Positions 51,501-64,000 of a stretch of 64,000 nucleotides of DNA are shown one piece after another. Each line of letters starts with the position of its first letter. Position 1 is the stretch's first letter. Made by a program: the position numbers and the translations under genes. The notes below the pieces were generated by a model. It had not been told where the DNA came from and made no database searches. It worked only from the letters and a program-made list of their open reading frames with translations. The stretch lies in contig NC_068990.1 of assembly GCF_001194135.2 (NCBI RefSeq), forward strand, positions 3,356,096 through 3,420,095. Reading direction: 5' to 3'. This stretch comes from Octopus bimaculoides. Its lineage: Eukaryota.

Positions 51501-53039
51501 AAATAATAATAATAACAACAATGGCACTAAAAATATGACATCAGAAATACGTCTACGTATAATAGTTGTATACCACGATTTACAAAAGAATCGAAATGAC
51601 ATAAATCATTATTATAATTTATTTAAAAGCTGTATTGTTCTATGCGTGTAGTTCTGAGGAAGAAATATTTATATTCGTATGTTTTGGATATTTTGTTTTC
51701 AAATTAACTATTTATTACTCAAATTTCAAAATACCAATTGAAGAGAATCAACATAAATGAAAGAAATTTAGATTTAAAAATAGAGAGAGAGAGAATACAT
51801 AAGTTAAGATAAAGATATTATCCTCACCAATACAGAATGAAAGAACAGGTTTACACGGGAAACAATAAAAGATATGTTCCTGCTATGCACTTTAATAGCT
51901 TAAAAATAAAACAGCAAAACTGCTTAACATTTTCAATTTAGATTTCCAATTTATAGCTGTAGTGATACCCACTAAAAAGTAAATAATTCTCATAAGAATA
52001 AACACAAGCTTCAATTACATGCCTTTAAGGTAGATAGAATATGAGAGCTAAGTTAGAGAATGGAAATGTTTGCTAAAAATGATTTTCCTGCCAAACAATC
52101 ATGAATAGGTTGCATAGGAAATCGTTTTTAAATAACTCGTAGATCGTGACACCAATTTAATTGGATGGCGATGATGTGAGCATATATCTGTAAGAAAAGA
52201 ATACCAGTCATCTTTTTGTGTTTTGAGGAAATGTGCTTTCACATAGGTATGTAAACATATACGTATATATATATATATATATATATNNNNNNNNNNNNNN
52301 NNNNNNNNNNNNNNNNNNNNNNNNNNNNNNNNNNNNNNNNNNNNNNNNNNNNNNNNNNNNNNNNNNNNNNNNNNNNNNNNNNNNNNNNNNNNNNNNNNNN
52401 NNNNNNNNNNNNNNNNNNNNNNNNNNNNNNNNNNNNNNNNNNNNNNNNNNNNNNNNNNNNNNNNNNNNNNNNNNNNNNNNNNNNNNNNNNNNNNNNNNNN
52501 NNNNNNNNNNNNNNNNNNNNNNNNNNNNNNNNNNNNNNNNNNNNNNNNNNNNNNNNNNNNNNNNNNNNNNNNNNNNNNNNNNNNNNNNNNNNNNNNNNNN
52601 NNNNNNNNNNNNNNNNNNNNNNNNNNNNNNNNNNNNNNNNNNNNNNNNNNNNNNNNNNNNNNNNNNNNNNNNNNNNNNNNNNNNNNNNNNNNNNNNNNNN
52701 NNNNNNNNNNNNNNNNNNNNNNNNNNNNNNNNNNNNNNNNNNNNNNNNNNNNNNNNNNNNNNNNNNNNNNNNNNNNNNNNNNNNNNNNNNNNNNNNNNNN
52801 NNNNNNNNNNNNNNNNNNNNNNNNNNNNNNNNNNNNNNNNNNNNNNNNNNNNNNNNNNNNNNNNNNNNNNNNNNNNNNNNNNNNNNNNNNNNNNNNNNNN
52901 NNNNNNNNNNNNNNNNNNNNNNNNNNNNNNNNNNNNNNNNNNNNNNNNNNNNNNNNNNNNNNNNNNNNNNNNNNNNNNNNNNNNNNNNNNNNNNNNNNNN
53001 NNNNNNNNNNNNNNNNNNNNNNNNNNNNNNNNNNNNNNN

Positions 53040-53073
<34 letters not shown>

Positions 53074-53109
53074 ATATACATATATATGTATATAACTGCG
53101 TGTGCCTTT

Positions 53110-53265
53110 GCCTGCGTGACTTTCTGTCTGTCTTTGTCCCCCACCCCGATCTAACAACTAGTGTTGATGTGTTTATGTTCCCGTAACTTACCGGGGACGA
53201 AAACCCTCAAAGCGATTCTCCAGCATAACTACAGTCAAATGACAGAACAAGTAAAAAATAAAAGC
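53110..53265 (+). mobile_element. SINE family B, 3' half with internal deletion
   Basis: tttgtcccccacc...gacaac..gtgttgatgtgtttatgttcccgtaactta...ctccagcat...cagtcaaatgacagaacaagtaaaa. Confidence 0.7.
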
Positions 53266-54165
53266 CGTGAATGCTACATTTACATTCTATCTTCTTAAGG
53301 AAGTTATCGTTTGGTAGCGGATTATCGGAAACGTGAAACTTACCGTCAAAAATTGGAGCTCTTTGTGTTNNNNNNNNNNNNNNNNNNNNNNNNNNNNNNN
53401 NNNNNNNNNNNNNNNNNNNNNNNNNNNNNNNNNNNNNNNNNNNNNNNNNNNNNNNNNNNNNNNNNNNNNNNNNNNNNNNNNNNNNNNNNNNNNNNNNNNN
53501 NNNNNNNNNNNNNNNNNNNNNNNNNNNNNNNNNNNNNNNNNNNNNNNNNNNNNNNNNNNNNNNNNNNNNNNNNNNNNNNNNNNNNNNNNNNNNNNNNNNN
53601 NNNNNNNNNNNNNNNNNNNNNNNNNNNNNNNNNNNNNNNNNNNNNNNNNNNNNNNNNNNNNNNNNNNNNNNNNNNNNNNNNNNNNNNNNNNNNNNNNNNN
53701 NNNNNNNNNNNNNNNNNNNNNNNNNNNNNNNNNNNNNNNNNNNNNNNNNNNNNNNNNNNNNNNNNNNNNNNNNNNNNNNNNNNNNNNNNNNNNNNNNNNN
53801 NNNNNNNNNNNNNNNNNNNNNNNNNNNNNNNNNNNNNNNNNNNNNNNNNNNNNNNNNNNNNNNNNNNNNNNNNNNNNNNNNNNNNNNNNNNNNNNNNNNN
53901 NNNNNNNNNNNNNNNNNNNNNNNNNNNNNNNNNNNNNNNNNNNNNNNNNNNNNNNNNNNNNNNNNNNNNNNNNNNNNNNNNNNNNNNNNNNNNNNNNNNN
54001 NNNNNNNNNNNNNNNNNNNNNNNNNNNNNNNNNNNNNNNNNNNNNNNNNNNNNNNNNNNNNNNNNNNNNTATATATATATACAAAGGCTATGATGTATAG
54101 ATTGTCGGCATTTTATATTCTTCATTTCGTGCTCGCATATACTTTGTTTTTGGTTTTATCGGCTA

Positions 54166-54881
54166 CACTGTACAGTGGAGTTAGCTGGGCACTGTCTGTG
54201 AGAGAAAAAACCAGCACCATGACCCAATTCACTCTGCCTGAAATTTCGAAACGGCATGCTGTCCTGCTTTGCTTTCGCGCCGGAAACTCCAGTACGAACA
54301 TTTTAGTATTTGGGTCTCAATCTCAGGACAGTGCAGACTGAGGATATGCACCGAGATTGATCAGAATCAAACATCCACTCAGCACCATGGTGTTTGGAAT
54401 GATCACTAGTAATGGCGACATTATGCCTCCATTCATCTTCCCACGCGGCCTCAGTCTCAACACGGGGGCCTACAGCAAGTGCCTGGATGAGGTAGTGCTG
54501 CCCTGGGTCAAGAGGTGCGCTGCTGGAAGGCCCTATGTCTGGCATCAGGACTCTGCATCATACCACATGAGCTGGAGAGCCCAGTCATGGCTGCCAGACT
54601 ATTACTGCGACCACATCACTCCTAATATCCGGCCACCTAACTCCGCACACTGCAACCCACTTCAATATGTGTTGGGCGCAATATTCACCCACTTAAACAA
54701 GGTGACCGTCCAGAAGATTTGCAGGAGAGGAGTCTGGAGTCCGTGGTTGAAACCAATGGCGTTTTATCGAATAAAATTACTCTTTAGTATTCCAAGATAT
54801 TTTCTATGTAATTTTGGTAAATATATCTGTTAAAATGAGATATCAGTTTTATCTCCACTTTTCGTAATTTAGACGACAGTG
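54166..54881 (+). mobile_element. Internally deleted DD37D (maT/Bmmar1-like) Tc1/mariner element
   Basis: TA-cactgt...acagtg-TA ends; EISKRHAVLLCFRAG N-terminus joined to TMVFGMITSNGDIMPPFIFPRGLSLN...LPWVKRCAAGRPYVWHQDSA...PPNSAHCNPLQY; 37 residues separate the QDS Asp from the mutated third-Asp position. Confidence 0.9.
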
Positions 54882-54901
54882 TATATATTCATTGCACTCT
54901 G

Positions 54902-55024
<123 letters not shown>

Positions 55025-55259
55025 TATCTTTCTATGTTTTATATAATTTTCTATCTATGGATCTTCCCCCTCTATCTTTCTCTTTATATATATAAACACA
55101 AACATATATGTAGCTATAGACACAAAGACTCATATTTATATAGATAGATAAATAGATAGATAAATACATACATACATACACCCATACATATACAATCTCA
55201 TCTGTACAAACACATACAAATATATAGACTCATATATGTATATATATATATATATATAT

Positions 55260-55327
<68 letters not shown>

Positions 55328-55584
55328 CATGTTTTTACACATGCACACACTCACACAAATATATATGTTGTATACACTAACAAAATTACACGTACCTCCT
55401 GTAATAAATAAAATTACACACATTTTATTATCAATTAATTAATTAATTAGTTAATTAGTTAATTAATTAATTAATTTCATGATTTATATATTTATTTGTT
55501 CGCTTGTCATCTTATTATGCCAAACAAACGAGGTATTTTGAATTATTTCCCAGAGACAATTGTCTTATTAATATTCTGTGAATC

Positions 55585-55716
55585 CCGCCAATCTCGACTT
55601 TGCCTTTCATACTTTCGGAGTCGATAAATTAAATACCAGTTGCGTTCTATGGTCGAGCTAATCGACTGGCCCCCTTCCCCAAAATGTCGGGTCTTGTGCC
55701 TAGAGTAGAAAAGAAT
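55585..55716 (+). mobile_element. SINE family A, 5'-truncated
   Basis: tcgactttgcctttcatactttcggagtcgataaattaaataccagttgcg...ctaatcgactggcccc...ttgtgcctagagtagaaaagaat. Confidence 0.85.
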
Positions 55717-56208
55717 TTTGTGTGGATCTGAAAGTGTATGGTACAGCGTGATTGTACATAGATTTTGCTTGTTATTTATTCATGCTTATATTTGTACATG
55801 AACGCAGGTGGACGTGCGCACACACATAGTTAGCCATTTACAGTTACGTCTATTCGAAAACAAAAACTCAGTGTATGTCATAAATCTTTGTCGTTCAATG
55901 ATTAGATGCCCGGTCAATTGAATTAGCTGCACCTGTATAAACGTGTGTATATCTCAACATTCCGTGAGCATGTGTGCCCGTAACTCAACACTGAGTCATA
56001 ATTGGCATGGCACTCAGTATGAAGGGCAGAGCTGTAGAGAATACATTTTACTAAAGAATCCACTAAGTGGGTACAAACGTAATGGCTAGGAGACTAGCTT
56101 TTCAAACCTCTTGCCATAATATGCCTGCTTGTGTATGTAGACTTATACCATATATTCGTACACACCCACACGCACATACACACNNNNNNNNNNNNNNNNN
56201 NNNNNNNN

Positions 56209-56269
<61 letters not shown>

Positions 56270-56408
56270 CACACACGCGGCCATTGGACGCAAATACCTT
56301 TCTCAGGAATGGAATAGACGAACACATTTTGCTTGTATAGTTGAAGAGATTTGAAGACTTAAATGACCGAATTTATACCCGCACAGACACACACAGGCAC
56401 GTGCAGGC

Positions 56409-56537
<129 letters not shown>

Positions 56538-56666
56538 GAACAAGAACGTGCAAGAGACGACAGTTAAACATACAGAGAGATAGATGATGCGAAGACAGAT
56601 AAGAAAAAACAAGGACAGGTCATTCGCAAGTTCCTCTCGTCAGTCAAGTTACCAAATTATACTTTT

Positions 56667-57572
56667 CAGTTACGGGCAGTTACACTTGAGACTGTTCAAA
56701 ATTAGCTGCCCCTAAAAATCTAAGTTAAAAGCATTATTAATTTTTTTGAGAGAAAGCAAGCGAATGTGTACGACAACGAATACAAAAGTGAAAAACGGAG
56801 AACATATTACACAATTACAAATACAAACAAGAAAATAGCAACAGGTGTCTTTCAACTAATAAAGACGAATCAAGTTGAGTTGGCGTGTATAGAATAAATG
56901 CTTTTAGGTGGGAACATAAGAGATGAAAGTCAAGAGACAGGAATATAAGAGATGCTTCGCGGCTGGCAATTAAGCCAAGAAAGAGAGTTCATGGTTGGCC
57001 GAACACCGGTTACGTCGAAGGAAAAAAGAGAGATAAGGGGGAAAGGAATTGAAGTATTAGGAGGAGAACGAGAAAGAGAGGAAATCAGAGAGACATAGAG
57101 AAAGGTACAAGGCAGATAAACGAGGAGGAAAGGTAGGAATTAAAGAAAGAAGGGTAAAAGTTAAAGAAAGTATGAGGAGGACTAAATTAAAGAGTAAAAG
57201 AGTCGTATAAAATTTAGATACACACTTACTTTCAAGGTGAGCATAAGTGTAGGTACGCCGATATATGTATGTATAAATAAAAAAATGGAATAAGAACGCA
57301 ACAGACAATAAAACATCCGGACATATAGACGATACGAAGATGGACAGGAAAAACCACAGTTTCGGGCAGTTGCATATGAGACTGTTCAAATCTTACAGCC
57401 CCTAAAAATCTAAGCCAAGGGCATTAAATTTTGGAGGAGGAAGCAAGTGAATGTGTGCAACAAAGACAGAAAACGGAGAACGTATTACACAATTACAAAA
57501 ACAAACAATACGAAAATAGCAACAGGTGTCTTTTGACAAATAAAGACGAATCAGATTGAATTGTTGTATAGA
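56667..57572. repeat. ~220-bp diverged direct repeats (56667-56892, 57357-57572) around a purine-rich spacer
   Basis: Shared cgggcagtt.ca..tgagactgttcaaa...gcccctaaaaatctaag...gcaag.gaatgtgt...aaacggagaac.tattacacaattacaaa...gaaaatagcaacaggtgtcttt...aataaagacgaatca...gtataga. Confidence 0.85.
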
Positions 57573-57597
57573 GTGGTGTGTATATATATATATATAC

Positions 57598-57984
57598 ATG
57601 TGGCTGTGTGGTAATGAGTTTGCATTCCAGCCACATGGTTCCACGTTCAGTCCCACTGCGTGACACCTTAGGCAAGTGTCTCCTACTATAGCTTCGGGCC
57701 GACCAAATCTTTCTGGGTGGATTTGGTAGACGGAAACTTAAAGACGCCCGTCGTATATATATATATATATATATATATNNNNNNNNNNNNNNNNNNNNNN
57801 NNNNNNNNNNNNNNNNNNNNNNNNNNNNNNNNNNNNNNNNNNNNNNNNNNNNNNNNNNNNNNNNNNNNNNNNNNNNNNNNNNNNNNNNNNNNNNNNNNNN
57901 NNNNNNNNNNNNNNNNNNNNNNNNNNNNNNNNNNNNNNNNNNNNNNNNNNNNNNNNNNNNNNNNNNNNNNNNNNNNNNNNNNNN

Positions 57985-58027
<43 letters not shown>

Positions 58028-58260
58028 TTATGTGTGTTTATGCGTGCGCACACCTCTGTGTGTGTGTGTGTGTGTGCGTGCGTTTGTCTGCCCACCATCA
58101 TTTGACAACTGATGCTGGTGTATGTGCTCCTTAACCTACCGGTTCGTCAAAAGTGCCCTATAGAATAATTACTAGGATTACAAAGCTTGGGGTCGATTTT
58201 TTTTCGACTAAAATCCTTTGGCCGCAGGCAAATGACAGAAACGAGGAAAAGAATAAAAGA
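57598..58260 (+). mobile_element. SINE family B, full length, whose internal (AT)n/(GT)n spans an assembly gap
   Basis: Head tggctgtgtggtaa...ttcagtcccactgcgtgacaccttaggcaagtgtc (57601-57680), microsatellite and gap, then ccaccatcatttgacaac...ggggtcgattt...aaatgacagaaac...gaataaaaga. Confidence 0.9.
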
Positions 58261-58772
58261 ATATATATGTTTCAATGTGTATTTGCGCATGTATGCATAC
58301 TTCTGTATTATACGGCCGGGTTAAGGCGGAAATAGACCCAAAGCACTTGAAAGCTTTTGGTGCTCCCATGTATATGAAACTTAAAATAGAAAAGAAACAA
58401 TAAGAAACCGTATAATTTTCTTTCGGGTTTTTTTTTTTTTTTTTAGAATGAAACAATACTTACCGTTAGATGGGAGATAATGTTTATTACTGTATATTTT
58501 ATATTTAGAAAAGTTTTCTTCTACTTTGTTTTATTTCCAAAGTCTTTGATCAGATCATCGCTATGACATCATGAACACTTCGAAATTATATTTCCGATCA
58601 TATAAACCGCTTCGAATATTATCTTAGCAAGTTTATAGAAATTTCTTTTGTGCCATTCCTACGCTTCAAACATGTGCATTTTTGTATGTGCACATATATA
58701 CATATGCTTACGTACACACACAGACACACACACACACACACGTGTATATATATATATATATANNNNNNNNNN

Positions 58773-58807
<35 letters not shown>

Positions 58808-59438
58808 CCACACACACACGCAAATATAGTGTATATATGCATAATATATGAACAATAGCTATATAGTAGGCTGATGGAAGCTGAATGCGTGAAATGAATC
58901 AGAATTACTCCAGTGAAATCACATATCAATATATTGGAATGTATTTAAATAAAGACTAGGCATTTTATATACTTGGCATGAAGATCTGAAAAGAAATGTA
59001 AATTTGGCTGGGAAATTATGCAACTCGCATTAATATATTTACAATTGCTTCACCTCAAAATTATGTTATAACGGCATTATACGTTTGTAAATATTAGATG
59101 CAAGCAACAGTAGAGAAATGTGTCCAGTCGAACACACACACGTACCCATACCACTAAAGAGGTCACAGGATGTGTTACAAAAGATTTCAGACAAAGGATA
59201 ATAAAATTAAAACAATAATATATATGAAGTGAGGNNNNNNNNNNATTAAAACAATAATATATTTGAAGTGAGGAACGAATATATGGTGCATGTGCTTATT
59301 TAGCAAAAAGAAAAGACAATCCTGAAATATAACAATATCTGTTCAAACACAAGATTTCACATCAGGAATCTTGCAAAAGAAATACGTAGATCTGTATTCA
59401 TATATATATATACATACATACATACATACATACATACA

Positions 59439-59472
<34 letters not shown>

Positions 59473-59481
59473 CATACATAC

Positions 59482-59820
59482 ACTAGCAAGAATCTCCTGA
59501 AATGCAAGCACGGCCCGAAAATCTCCGTTCTGGAGTTCAGTACGGTCTCTGGTACGTGCGTATTTTTCAAGATTCCCATGCGTTCAGCTACACGCATAGC
59601 GTGTAGCGCTTGCTTCCATTGATGTACAGCCTCGGATGGTGGAGGATTTTCCGTGATATCGAGTATGGCTGGCCAGCGATGTTACATATCTCCTTTCCGG
59701 GACCCGAAAGGACGATCTATGGTTGGAAAGACGTTTCTGGGGGGACGTTTCCGCATATCCAATGTAATTCCTTGGATGCGTGGAGTTGGTTTCCTGCCAA
59801 CTATTGCTGCTGGTGATGCT
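59482..59820 (-). mobile_element. Penelope-like element relic, GIY-YIG endonuclease C-terminal part, with (TGTA)n tail
   Basis: Minus frames: HPRNYIGYAETS (YIG at 59758-59766), RLSNHRSSFRVPERRYVTSLASH, YINGSKRYTLC / VAERMGILKN...VLNSRTEIFGPCLHFRRFLL, resembling the Penelope/Poseidon YIG..F..R..NH.SSF..T.LS.H and C.LC..E...I...LLN.R.E...CRH..KF patterns. Confidence 0.75.
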
Positions 59821-59829
59821 GCCGATACA

Positions 59830-61260
59830 TGTATGTATGTGTGGAAAAATGCATTGATATTAACTGTGAGTGTGAGATAGCATTTCAAGAAGTCGGCACG
59901 ATGGAACTGGGCCTCCTCCTTAAACTGAGCCATGAGAGTAACTATCTAGACAAACATGACCTTAATATACCCTGTCCCACCAAGTCACAAAGGGGAAGAC
60001 AACCCACCATCAGCTCAGCGGCGAACAAAAGCACCTCAGAGCGCTGGAGTGGCTGGTCCACACCCACCCATAACACTGAAAACAACAGTCAGGTGAAAGG
60101 CGGTTAGCATAAGAACCACCTTGAAGAACCATATAGTAAAGTTTAATATATGCTGGTTCAAGGTGCTGCCGTTGGTGTCGGTGTAGCTGGAGATGTGGTC
60201 GGCCTCTTCATGACTTGGTGGTACAGAAAACTAAAACAATCCTTAGCAGAACAATCCACAACTGTTTTACATTACAGTAGGTATGTAGATAACATTAACA
60301 TTCTCGTTAGGACAAACTCTAGTAACTGCAACGTAGAAACCGAGAGGAGCATAGTGAAGAGCATCCACCATGTAGCTACCTCCATCCACCAAAGTATTAA
60401 GGTAGCTATAGATTACCCCACGAGGCACCATAATAATAAGTCCCTATCCTTGATACTGAACTTTGTTCAGAGACTGTGAACAACAGAGTGCAGCTCCTTT
60501 ACTCCAATTACAGGAAACCTATAGCTTCTATATATATTGTTCACAAGAACTCAGTTTTCTTACGCAACATGAAAATCAACATACTGATAGCAGACCCAGT
60601 TAGGATAGGGAACAACGTGTCCCCACAATGCGAACTCTATGAAACGAAGAAACATGTACAGAACTTCATGCACCGCATGCAATTCTCTGGATATGATCAG
60701 AAAGATAGTGTTCGAAGATACAGGGGTGCTAGAAAGAAGTTAGATAACATTATAAGCAATAAAACCTGTGGTACCTGCCCTAGATATAAACATAAAGACT
60801 GGAATAAGATTCAAAGAATTTGTGACAAAGCAAACAGAGTCAACACGTTGTACAAGACCGACAAATATGAAAGAGTGATGTTTGTAGAGGCCACAGTCCA
60901 TAGAGAACGAGCCAGTAGATTTAGTTTAGGAAAGCTCGTAAACAGGCTAAACTCAACATTAAGATCGTTGAAAAGCCAGGGAGCTCCCAACTATGTAGGA
61001 GATACGCCTTTGAGAATACTAGATGCACCAATGATAACTGCATGGTATGTAAATTAACCCTGGTATTAACTGTAGAATTAAAAATTTAGTCTACAGTATA
61101 AGGTGCATAGAGGGTGTTTGTAAAGAGAAGAATATAATATACAAAGGTGAGACATCTAGAAGCATTGCGGAGAGACTAAATGCACATTGGAGATAATATG
61201 CCGAGAATACGTCCTCATTAATGAAACATCCCCAGTACTAAAAAGGAAATATACCTAAAA
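59830..61260 (+). mobile_element. Penelope-like element relic (Neptune-like): RT plus GIY-YIG
   Basis: ELGLLLKL...CPTKSQRGRQPTI...RWSGW; VQGAAVGVGVAG...LFMTWW; YSRYVDNINI (60282-60293, YVDD-like); DYPTRH; CTNDNCMVC...NLVYSIRC...YKGETSRSIAERLNAH (~61083-61190); many stops and frameshifts. Confidence 0.9.
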
Positions 61261-61377
61261 AGTATCATACACCGATACCCACAGTTTATATACACACAGT
61301 GTTAGTAGACCGTTATATAGGCGCGTGTGTGTATGTATGTGTATATATGCGTGTGTGTGTATGTTTGTGTGTGTGTG

Positions 61378-61410
<33 letters not shown>

Positions 61411-63549
61411 NNNNNNNNNNNNNNNNNNNNNNNNNNNNNNNNNNNNNNNNNNNNNNNNNNNNNNNNNNNNNNNNNNNNNNNNNNNNNNNNNNNNNNNNNN
61501 NNNNNNNNNNNNNNNNNNNNNNNNNNNNNNNNNNNNNNNNNNNNNNNNNNNNNNNNNNNNNNNNNNNNNNNNNNNNNNNNNNNNNNNNNNNNNNNNNNNN
61601 NNNNNNNNNNNNNNNNNNNNNNNNNNNNNNNNNNNNNNNNNNNNNNNNNNNNNNNNNNNNNNNNNNNNNNNNNNNNNNNNNNNNNNNNNNNNNNNNNNNN
61701 NNNNNNNNNNNNNNNNNNNNNNNNNNNNNNNNNNNNNNNNNNNNNNNNNNNNNNNNNNNNNNNNNNNNNNNNNNNNNNNNNNNNNNNNNNNNNNNNNNNN
61801 NNNNNNNNNNNNNNNNNNNNNNNNNNNNNNNNNNNNNNNNNNNNNNNNNNNNNNNNNNNNNNNNNNNNNNNNNNNNNNNNNNNNNNNNNNNNNNNNNNNN
61901 NNNNNNNNNNNNNNNNNNNNNNNNNNNNNNNNNNNNNNNNNNNNNNNNNNNNNNNNNNNNNNNNNNNNNNNNNNNNNNNNNNNNNNNNNNNNNNNNNNNN
62001 ACATATGCACACATGTACACATGCATGCATATATATATATATACATACATACATACATACATACATACAAAGAAATGAAGAATGAAACACATGACCACGT
62101 ACACATATGCTCACTTCACACAATGACACATCTGGAGACACACATCGATACACAACAGACGCGCATGCACAGTCACATTAATATGAACGCACACGCACAT
62201 AGAGATGCAGAATACATACAAACGCGCACACATGCATACATATATGTATGCATACACACACATACATGCATACACACATATATGCAGAGTACATACATAT
62301 GTACAAACGTGCACACTTGCAAATATATTTATATATTTGCATACATACACATACATACATACATACATACATACATACATACACACATACATATGTGTGC
62401 GCGTACGCACACTGACGCACACACATGTGCACAAACAAACAAACAAACAAACAAAGAAGAAGGCAGCTTCGATAACGGACCGAGGCAACGACTATTGAAA
62501 AAGTTGCAACACCCAACGAAAATTTTAGTAAAATATAAATAAGTAAATGAGTGAAAATTGGACCTGCGAGTGTATTAAATTAATAAGGCGCTAAAAGAGA
62601 ATGAATCTCCCCAGACACATTAAAAAATTATTGCTTAATCAAAATTGTTGCTATTTATATTAAACATTTTTTATATCAAGGCTTATTATATATTTAAATT
62701 TCTCTTTTAGATAAATTTATTCATCACTTATTCTCATATTAAAATTACTGTATATATTTTACATCGTTCCAGTGTTATAATGATTTTCCACATTAATAGT
62801 TTAATAAAATAGTACTATGAAAATTGATTCGATAACAATTCATTTCGATCAAACGTAGTATGATGAGAAATCGATTCCATAAATTTATTTCGTTAATAGT
62901 CATTTTACAAAATGTCATTCTAGAAAATGTCGTTTAATAATTGTGGAACAGATATGATCACACATAGATTGCTATCTTTGTTTTGAAATTGATGAAAAAT
63001 TGACATCATTTCAGAGTTTATCGAATGATCAAGGAAAGTGTTTGGACGTAAAGTGATGTGCATCGAGATATAAATATAGACAGATATTGACTATTAAACA
63101 CAAACATGTGTACACATAAACATTCACAGACATACGGGAATACACACATATGTACGCATACACATAAACAAACATGTAGAGGCACGCTGGGAAAGTGATA
63201 AGGGCGTCGAAGAGAAAGACTTTCAGTATTGGTCTATCTTTCTGCGTCGACGCCTAAAGCCTGAAAATGTCAACATCGCATTTTCTTGCCAAAGGCTTAA
63301 ACGAAATGCTGCATACCATTCGATACAGCACCTTGTAGTCTGTATTTTCAATATGTAGTTTGTATTTCCATGGACTAATCAACTTATAAACTGAATCCGT
63401 CGACCTAATCCAAAAAGTTAGTCCTTGAGACGTTAGCGAAGATTGCAGGGATTGGCCTATAGCTCTAGTTTGAAGAACTGAGGATACGTTATACCCTTTC
63501 TTCTACGAGAACGAAAGGCAATTTAAATTAAATGGTTACAGACCTTAGG

Positions 63550-63580
<31 letters not shown>

Positions 63581-64000
63581 TACATACAACCATACATACA
63601 TAGAACCATACATACATACATACATATAACACACACACAGCAACAACGTGTAACTTTCTACTAAATTCCACCGACATGACTATAGACTATATTCTTACCG
63701 ATAGAGTCAGACTAGGTTTTTTGAAGCATGAACCATTTGCCTGAGACACGAAGAATTAACCGAGTAGATTTCTTATGTATCTCTCCCTCTCCCTCTGGCT
63801 CTCTCTCCCTGTCAATTTCTCTTTCTTTCTCTCTCTCTATTTTTCTCTCTTTCTCTGTCTCTCTCGGTACACACACGCACACACACACACAAACATACAC
63901 ACACACAAACACACACAAACACACACACAAACACATAACACACACACATATACATTTATATATGCATACATTCGTCTACGTACATGATATATACGGCACA

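Noticed and set aside
56610-56650. Minus-strand CUGACGA...GAAU next to the direct repeat
   Set aside because: Stem II does not pair and GAAA and stems I/III are missing.
59206-59273. Apparent 29-bp tandem duplication around a 10-N gap
   Set aside because: Looks like unmerged overlapping contig ends, an assembly artefact.

Overview
AT-rich, microsatellite-dense eukaryotic DNA from a gapped draft assembly (14 N-runs, most abutting dinucleotide repeats). The SINE repertoire looks like an octopus/coleoid cephalopod; this is inferred from recalled repeat families, not from a search. No intact protein-coding gene, tRNA or rRNA gene or CRISPR array is supported, and nearly all ORFs in the track are microsatellite or N artefacts. 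The window is mostly decayed mobile DNA: three tRNA-derived SINE families, RTE, CR1/L2-like and L1/Tx1 LINE fragments, two mariner and one DD37D (maT) transposase relics, a fold-back MITE, and two back-to-back Penelope-like (PLE) relics. The most notable signal is hammerhead-ribozyme folds at four unrelated short-repeat loci (7523-7577, 12359-12393, 25649-25694 and an inverted pair at 40967-41211). One of them sits behind a tRNA-like Pol III head, suggesting non-autonomous retroelements mobilised by PLEs. Also seen: a 246-bp near-identical segment inserted inside a SINE with microhomology at both ends, and a few weak candidate exons. All alignments and folds were done by eye; boundaries of decayed elements are approximate.
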